The notes under the pieces are model-generated. The model was not told the DNA's origin and ran no database searches. It saw only the letters and a list, made by a program, of their open reading frames with translations. Of a stretch of DNA of 64,000 nt, positions 58,188-64,000 are shown in pieces (positions within the stretch are counted from its first letter, which is position 1; each line of letters opens with the position of its first letter). The position numbers and the translations under genes were made by a program. Origin of the DNA: an uncultured virus (IMG/VR IMGVR_UViG_3300038415_000352). Lineage: Duplodnaviria > Heunggongvirae > Uroviricota > Caudoviricetes. Location of the stretch: the IMG/VR virus record IMGVR_UViG_3300038415_000352; one strand, 5' to 3'.

Positions 58188-58478
58188 ATGTGGAACGAAG
58201 AGCGTAGACTAAGGGCGAACGAACGAGCCGTCGCGGGGGTAGCCGGGCACCCGGTTATCGTCGGGTTAATCTTTGCGGTAATCGCGCTCGTACTCCTCGC
58301 GATTCTGGACCCCGCCGCGGTCGTCGTCTCGTTCGCGGCGATTCTGGTCATCTTCGGGGCGTTCCTCTTCGGAGCAACGGCCCGAATCGGTCATCTCTGG
58401 GGAGCGCTCGCCGGTGTCCTTCTCCTACTGGTAGGGGTTGTCCTACTTGTAGTCGGATGGACTCTCGGTATCCCGTAG
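58188..58478 (+). CDS. three-TM protein with class III-like leader
   Basis: LRANERA/VAG... Confidence 0.7.
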   Translation: MWNEERRLRANERAVAGVAGHPVIVGLIFAVIALVLLAILDPAAVVVSFAAILVIFGAFLFGATARIGHLWGALAGVLLLLVGVVLLVVGWTLGIP

Positions 58479-58488
58479 GAGTAGGACG

Positions 58489-58767
58489 ATGCCGAAGTTC
58501 TTCGAGTGGCCCCGGAACCTACGAGGCGACGAACGGGGGATAGACAAGATTCTCGGGTGGATACTCGGCATCGCCGTTATCCTCCTCCTCGTCATCGTCC
58601 TCGTCGATATCCAGTACCTCGCGGCTATCGTCGCTATCCTCCTCGGGGCGGTCATCCTCTACGTCGGGAAGGGGAACGTGATTACTAGCGTCATCGGCGG
58701 TATCGTGGCGGTCGTCGGCGTGGTTCTACTCTTCATGGTCGCGGTCGGAGGGAGTCTGCATCTCTAG
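58489..58767 (+). CDS. three-TM protein with class III-like leader
   Basis: LRGDERG/IDKILGWILG. Confidence 0.7.
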   Translation: MPKFFEWPRNLRGDERGIDKILGWILGIAVILLLVIVLVDIQYLAAIVAILLGAVILYVGKGNVITSVIGGIVAVVGVVLLFMVAVGGSLHL

Positions 58768-58786
58768 GCAGGGGAGGGTATAGGTC

Positions 58787-59248
58787 GTGGCGCACGCTTG
58801 GGTCTGGGCAGTAGTCTCGCTCGGGGTAATTATTGCCGTCGCCTCCTTCGCCCCGCTCCCCGGGTACTACGACGTCCAAGTGAGCGTTACGGCCGGCGAG
58901 CTAGCCCTAATCTTTACGACCGTCTTCTGGATACAGAGCGTTAACTCGCACGTTACGGGTCAGTCGACTATCCTCGACTGGGGCGGTCTACTCGGGATAG
59001 GGCCCCCGGCGCTAACGGCTACGTTCACGATGACCGTCTGCCTCGGGTCCTCTCATTGTACCTCGAAGTCGGAGAACCAATGGTTCCCGAGCATCCCGAT
59101 AATCAACGGGGGCTCCCTTACGGCGACGACGAACTTCGAACTCGGGTATATCCCCGCGGGGAACTACCCGATTTCCGTTACGCTGACCCAGAGCGGCTCG
59201 TCCGTCGCGACTGGCTCGGGGAGCATCTGCGTCGGGGGAGGATGCTGA
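58787..59248 (+). CDS. membrane-anchored beta-rich protein
   Basis: Hydrophobic N-terminus; Ser/Thr-rich. Confidence 0.7.
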   Translation: MAHAWVWAVVSLGVIIAVASFAPLPGYYDVQVSVTAGELALIFTTVFWIQSVNSHVTGQSTILDWGGLLGIGPPALTATFTMTVCLGSSHCTSKSENQWFPSIPIINGGSLTATTNFELGYIPAGNYPISVTLTQSGSSVATGSGSICVGGGC

Positions 59249-59700
59249 TGCCGACCGTCTGGCTCGACGAGAACGGCCATACGATTCCCTACGACCCGTT
59301 CGTCGACCATCCGATGTGCCCCTGCGGAGCGATACCGACTCGCCTCGTCGAGGTCGACGAGAACGGGAAGCTCGTCGCGGGCGACCCGAACGACCGTTGG
59401 GTCCTCGGGACCGGCGAGGCGCGCCGAGGGAAGACCGTACGGGCCCGCTACGACCTCTACGGCCACCCGACCATCGGGGAGCACCAGTACGACCGCCTAA
59501 CGAAGGCCCTCGTACGGAAGGGAACGGTCGGGGTCGTTACCGGAGCGGCGTGGGCCGGGGAGCCCGGACCCGGCGAGCCTATTCGGGTCGGCGTCCGCTG
59601 GAACCCGCGGCTCGTCGGGACCTACAAGTTCACCGAGGGGAAAGGTCGCCAGCCCCTCGAGGTAATCGAGGAAGACGCCTCGGCGATTCGGAGGGAGTAG
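59248..59700 (+). CDS. soluble protein ending RRE
   Basis: TGATG overlap; CGGAGGGAGTAG. Confidence 0.7.
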   Translation: MPTVWLDENGHTIPYDPFVDHPMCPCGAIPTRLVEVDENGKLVAGDPNDRWVLGTGEARRGKTVRARYDLYGHPTIGEHQYDRLTKALVRKGTVGVVTGAAWAGEPGPGEPIRVGVRWNPRLVGTYKFTEGKGRQPLEVIEEDASAIRRE

Positions 59701-60099
59701 ATGGGGTGGACGTGCTTTACGCCCGAGCGGGGGGCGCGGACGGAGGAGCTACTTCGTAGCGAACTCGGCGGCGAGGGCGGCTACGAAATCCTCGGTATCG
59801 CCGTTCGGAAGGCGGAGTTCTACGACGTCGGCGTCCGTTCTTCGGTCGCCTACCTCGCCGTCCGGAGCAAGAACTACCCGACGCCGTCGGCGCTCGTCGT
59901 CCTCGTTACCCGGAAGAACGGCGCGTTCTGCTACAAGGATATGTCGGAGGATATGGGTCCGAACGAGGACCATTGCCCCGAGAGTATCCTCCGCCTCCTC
60001 GGCCCGATTACCGGCGACGAGATGGGCTACGCCCGAGCTTGGCGGGAGCGGGCGTGGGCGAACCTCGGGAAGGCCCCGCCGGAACTACGGAGGGAGTAA
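59701..60099 (+). CDS. DUF6927-like mobile-element protein with RRE tail
   Basis: MGW...YKDM.E.MGP....CP.SIL.LL......YA.AWRER (family recalled). Confidence 0.65.
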   Translation: MGWTCFTPERGARTEELLRSELGGEGGYEILGIAVRKAEFYDVGVRSSVAYLAVRSKNYPTPSALVVLVTRKNGAFCYKDMSEDMGPNEDHCPESILRLLGPITGDEMGYARAWRERAWANLGKAPPELRRE

Positions 60100-60101
60100 G
60101 A

Positions 60102-60353
60102 ATGGACCCACGCTGGATAGCCTCGACCGCGATTCTGCTGACCGGGCTCGGGATGCTCCTCGTCGGGCACTTCTATGGGGTATCGGAATACCTCGTCTTC
60201 GGGGTTATCGTCCTCGTCCTCGGTATCGTGCTCTCGGCGGCGTTCGCAGGGCTTACCGACTGGCGGGCGTTAATCATCCTGACCTTCGGACTCCTCATCT
60301 TCTTTACGCTCGCCGACGTCTACAACCTCTTCGGTCTATCGGGGTGGGTCTGA
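60102..60353 (+). CDS. three-TM small membrane protein
   Basis: Hydropathy pattern. Confidence 0.7.
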   Translation: MDPRWIASTAILLTGLGMLLVGHFYGVSEYLVFGVIVLVLGIVLSAAFAGLTDWRALIILTFGLLIFFTLADVYNLFGLSGWV

Positions 60354-60383
60354 GGCTCAACGGAATAGGAAGGAGAAAGGAAC

Positions 60384-62108
60384 ATGAAGCAGATACTAGC
60401 GTTCGTGATAGGGGTAGCTCTCTTGGTCGACGTCTCTCTCTTCGTCGGCCTCGGGTTCGGTTTCGGAGCCCTCTCCGTGACCGGCTCGAACAATCTACAG
60501 ACCTGTAACTCGTCGGACCAGTACTGCTGGACGATGAGCCCGGGTTGGGCCTCCCCCGATAAGCAGCAGGGAATCCAAATCAATATCGAGTCGAGCGTCC
60601 AGCAGGGAGCGAATCCGATTACGACGATGCTCTCGGGGGACCAGAGTACCTCGGTCAGCTTCGGTATGTACGCGCAACTTTCTCCGTACGACGCCTGCCC
60701 TCGGTCGGGCGCTTGGCAGGGCGGTTACGAAGCGTGGTGGGTTATCGTCTGGCCCCAGTCCGTCTCGGGGTCTATCGACGGGACGCAGTTCACGGGCTCG
60801 ACCTGGTCGGGGCAGAACCTCGCCCAGAACGATAGTATCTCGGCGGGCCTCGCGGACCTAGTCGGTTGCCAAGCCGGTACGGGATACAACGATAACGGAC
60901 CGACCGGGAACCTCTATACGCATACGGTAACGCTTACCGGGCTCTACCCCGTCATGACGATGAATCTCTACTTCGGTACGTACGGACAGTGGTGCGATAA
61001 GTACGCGGGTTCCGTTACGAACCAATGCTACGGTCTCTCGCAGGCGATTACCGAAACCTACGGGGCCGGAACGGGGAATAACGGAGGCTGGAACGCCGAA
61101 GCCTCGGCCTCGTTCGTCTGGCAGTCCGCGCAGGCTTCCTTCCAGTTCGTCGACCCGCAGAACAACTATAACGGCGGGACGCTAACCGCGATTTTCTATA
61201 CCGCCTATAACGGGGCGAACGGCTACAAGTTCTCTATCGATACCCCGTCGGAACGGCCGAACGGCGGCCAGCTCGATACGAACTTCGCGAATAACCCGAT
61301 GACGATTCCGAACTTCTGTACTACGGGATGCGAGTACAAGTGGGCTATCCCGAAGACCCTCGATACGAACCTCTCGGGGCACGACGTCCAATGGGACCTT
61401 TGGTCCGGAGTCCTCTCGGCCTCGACGGTAGCGGAGCAGATAACGCAGTTCACCGTTATCAATCCACTCTACGCTCCGACGACCCCCGTCGTTACCTATA
61501 CGAGTAGCGGAGCGGGCATCTACCCGGCGGTCGGCGATACGGTTACCCTGACCGTCTACTCGAACGCCTCGCAGGACTCGGGGATGGTCCAGAGCATCGA
61601 CGTCGAGGTCTACTACCTCTCCCCGGGGCAGGGCGTATCGTCCGCGCCTTCGTGCGGTTCGGCTCCGGCTTGGGTGACGCCCTGCCCGAACGGGCAAATC
61701 CTCGTCGTAACGCACGACGGAAAGAACGCGGTCGGGACGTACACCTTTAAGGTAAACCCGCCCATCGGAGATACGGCTATCGCGGTCGCGGCGGTATCCG
61801 CCTCGAATATCTCCCCGTCGCTCTTCGGCTACCAACTTATCAGCATTAAGGCTTCCGACTGCGCGCCGGGCGCTACCTGCGACCCGCTTCAGTCGGGGGT
61901 AACGACTTGGGAGATTATCGGGCCGATACTCCTGATGGGGGCTTTCATCCTAGGGGCGGTCCTCCTCGTCCTACTCGTTCCGATACCGCCGTGGGTCCGC
62001 TTCGCGCTACCTATCGCGGTCGTAGCCATACTGATACTCCTCTATGCCCTCGGCTGGATAACGGGGCTCTTCGTACCCGGCGGAGCCTTTAACTCGGCGG
62101 TGGCTTAG
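60384..62108 (+). CDS. large surface or spike-like protein (N-terminal anchor, C-terminal TM hairpin)
   Basis: Ser/Thr/Gly/Asn-rich ectodomain with Cys pairs and NxS/T sequons. Confidence 0.75.
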   Translation: MKQILAFVIGVALLVDVSLFVGLGFGFGALSVTGSNNLQTCNSSDQYCWTMSPGWASPDKQQGIQINIESSVQQGANPITTMLSGDQSTSVSFGMYAQLSPYDACPRSGAWQGGYEAWWVIVWPQSVSGSIDGTQFTGSTWSGQNLAQNDSISAGLADLVGCQAGTGYNDNGPTGNLYTHTVTLTGLYPVMTMNLYFGTYGQWCDKYAGSVTNQCYGLSQAITETYGAGTGNNGGWNAEASASFVWQSAQASFQFVDPQNNYNGGTLTAIFYTAYNGANGYKFSIDTPSERPNGGQLDTNFANNPMTIPNFCTTGCEYKWAIPKTLDTNLSGHDVQWDLWSGVLSASTVAEQITQFTVINPLYAPTTPVVTYTSSGAGIYPAVGDTVTLTVYSNASQDSGMVQSIDVEVYYLSPGQGVSSAPSCGSAPAWVTPCPNGQILVVTHDGKNAVGTYTFKVNPPIGDTAIAVAAVSASNISPSLFGYQLISIKASDCAPGATCDPLQSGVTTWEIIGPILLMGAFILGAVLLVLLVPIPPWVRFALPIAVVAILILLYALGWITGLFVPGGAFNSAVA

Positions 62109-62124
62109 GGGAGGAGAAAAGAAA

Positions 62125-63336
62125 ATGAGCGCACAGGTCGGCGGAGTACTAACGGCGGTCGGAGCTATCGGGCTCGTTATCGGGATTCTCGGAGCGTTCG
62201 GTATCGTTCCCGGTCTCGCGGTAACCTGCGTCTCGAACTGCGGTACCGGGATTACTCCCTCGTTCTCGGTATCCCAGAACGGGTATGCGATTTACCTGAA
62301 CGATACGTCCCACTGGGCGAACTCGGCCGATAGGAACGGCTACCTGACGTTAAGCGTCAATTGGGGCGATAGTACGCCGGCCTCGGCCTTTACGCCCCCG
62401 AATAACCAGCTCCCTATCTCGCACATGTTCGAGCACGTCTACGTCGCGGCCGGGACCTATACGGTAGCAGAGACTATCGCGCACGAACAATGCGCCGGCG
62501 GGCGGGGCGGCGTCCACTGCAAGACGACCGATATCGTCGCGCAGGGTCAGTTCGCCATCTCGGGCATCGGGGGGCAGAACAAGTACGTCCCGGGCTTTAC
62601 CTATACGACTGCGACGGGGAACGTCGTTAACGTTAAGGATACCTCGACGACCTACGGCTCCCCGACCCTGACCTCGATTAAGTTCGTCTGGGGCGACGGG
62701 TCTACGAACAGCCCGACGGCGCTCGGGTTCTCCCTCTCGCATACCTACGCCGCCGCCGGGAACTATACCGCTACGGAGACGATATCGTGGACCTACGTCG
62801 GCGAGCCCTTCTCGGCGCCGTTCTCGACTACGATACCGGTAGGCTGCTCCAGTTGTACGAACGTAGTGACCGTTAACGTAGACTTTTCGACGAGCTTCGT
62901 AAACTACACGCTGGCGGTAAAGGATACCTCGACGACCGTCGGCTCTCCGACGGTTACGGGTCTAGCGCTCGCTTGGGGCGACGGCCAGACGGGTTCGGCG
63001 AAGGCGCTCGGGGCTAACTTTACCCATACCTACTCGACGTACGGGAACTACTCGCTTACCGAGACCGTATCGTGGACCTACTCGGGGAACTCGTACTCGG
63101 CGACCTCGAACGCTACGGTATCGCTCCCCTGCTTCGGGACTTGCGGAACGAAGACGAACACGACGACGAACTCGACCTTCTCGTTCAACCTCGTAACGGG
63201 AGTCCTTATCGTCGGGTTCGGAACGCTCGCCCTCCTCGGGTTCCTCGTAATGCGGTTCCCGGTCTACGGAACGGTCATCATCCTCGTCATGTTCGCGCTC
63301 GGCGGGGCCATCGGCTACGTAGTCGGGGGTCTCTAG
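62125..63336 (+). CDS. PKD-repeat surface protein
   Basis: Three DTS...WGD...HxY..G.Y...ET repeats with N- and C-terminal TMs. Confidence 0.85.
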   Translation: MSAQVGGVLTAVGAIGLVIGILGAFGIVPGLAVTCVSNCGTGITPSFSVSQNGYAIYLNDTSHWANSADRNGYLTLSVNWGDSTPASAFTPPNNQLPISHMFEHVYVAAGTYTVAETIAHEQCAGGRGGVHCKTTDIVAQGQFAISGIGGQNKYVPGFTYTTATGNVVNVKDTSTTYGSPTLTSIKFVWGDGSTNSPTALGFSLSHTYAAAGNYTATETISWTYVGEPFSAPFSTTIPVGCSSCTNVVTVNVDFSTSFVNYTLAVKDTSTTVGSPTVTGLALAWGDGQTGSAKALGANFTHTYSTYGNYSLTETVSWTYSGNSYSATSNATVSLPCFGTCGTKTNTTTNSTFSFNLVTGVLIVGFGTLALLGFLVMRFPVYGTVIILVMFALGGAIGYVVGGL

Positions 63337-63365
63337 GGACGCTCTAAGGGAAAGGAGGAAAGAAG

Positions 63366-64000
63366 ATGAATCAGTGGTCGGGAATCCTAGCGGTAATCGG
63401 GGTCGTCGGGCTCCTCGTCGGAATCTTCGGGGCTATCGGGACGATTCCCGGCCTCGCAGTAACCTGCCCGACGACCGCTATCGTAGGGGGTAGCACGGCG
63501 TTACCCCGCTGCGGCGGTACTCCCGAGATTACGGCGTACCTTACGGTCGCCCCGGGAACGACCGGCGCGAACGTTACCATCTCGGGGGCCTACTACCCCT
63601 CGGGGATGACGCAACCCGTCGTCTCGTTAAGTATCGATAGCGCGTCGGTCGCGCTCACCGCGACTACGAAGGTAAACTCGGTAGACGCCTATACGAATGG
63701 GCCCGCGTTCTACACGCTCTCACCGGGGAACCATACCGCAAAGGCGACCGCTACGTCTTCGTATCTCGGAACGAAGTACTCGGCTACGAGCGAGTCTATC
63801 GCGTTCATCGTCGGGTCGAACTCGCGGTGCCAGATAAACTGCAATACGACGAAGTGGTCGATTACCCCCGCGTTCAAGTATACCTCGACCTCGGCCGGGG
63901 TCCTTACGGTAATCGATACCTCTACAGTAAGCGGCGTTACCGGGGTCACGTTCGCTTGGACCTTCGGGGACGGCAGTACCGGCTCGGGTTCGAATGCGAC
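63366..64000 (+). CDS. PKD-repeat surface protein paralog (3' end outside window)
   Basis: N-terminus GI.GA.G..PGLAVTC shared with the previous gene; DTS...WTFGDG at window end. Confidence 0.8.
   Translation, partial: MNQWSGILAVIGVVGLLVGIFGAIGTIPGLAVTCPTTAIVGGSTALPRCGGTPEITAYLTVAPGTTGANVTISGAYYPSGMTQPVVSLSIDSASVALTATTKVNSVDAYTNGPAFYTLSPGNHTAKATATSSYLGTKYSATSESIAFIVGSNSRCQINCNTTKWSITPAFKYTSTSAGVLTVIDTSTVSGVTGVTFAWTFGDGSTGSGSNA

Noticed and set aside
55600..60100. CGGAGGGAGTAG repeats as a CRISPR array or classical integron attC sites
   Set aside because: The repeat is only 12-15 bp, the intervening segments are whole genes of variable length, and there is no attC-like palindrome or cas gene in the window.
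1..64000. Long Arg/Pro/Gly-rich alternative-frame and antisense ORFs
   Set aside because: Expected shadow ORFs in GC-rich DNA; they overlap better-supported genes and lack motifs.
1..64000. Genome-wide reassignment of TGA or TAG
   Set aside because: Both codons terminate many well-defined coupled genes (ATGA, TGATG, TAGATG); only two internal TGAs were seen.

Overview
A GC-rich, gene-dense segment of a large archaeal extrachromosomal element, most likely a non-tailed (enveloped, spindle-shaped or pleomorphic) virus or provirus. The probable host is Thermoplasmata, judged from a DUF3198-like gene, TFIIB, RFC, an AEP primase, archaeal-type tRNAs and leaderless TATA promoters. Modules from left to right: small Cys/His-rich ORFs; a glycosylation cluster (methyltransferase, GT2, four GT4, epimerase); a nuclease and SNF2 helicase; a replisome (divergent MCM-like ATPase, OB-fold SSB candidate, Bet/RecT recombinase, clamp candidate, fused PriS-PriL primase, RFC, PolB) interleaved with DNA-modification genes; an array of 32 intron-less tRNA genes covering all 20 amino acids, with HNH nucleases; TFIIB and a Xer-type tyrosine recombinase; a membrane plus P-loop ATPase operon; and a putative virion region of small membrane proteins, small soluble proteins and PKD-repeat surface proteins. 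No HK97 capsid, portal or terminase was recognised. Most striking observations: (1) nine unrelated soluble proteins in the virion region end in the same RRE-stop tag, while interleaved membrane proteins never do; (2) 19 of 32 tRNAs carry C instead of the near-invariant U33; (3) PolB, a DNA methyltransferase and a GNAT-ABC fusion share a C-terminal SLxxEW clamp-binding-like motif; (4) two otherwise intact genes carry an in-frame TGA, and the element encodes a suppressor-like tRNA-Trp. All family calls come from motif recognition by eye, not database searches.
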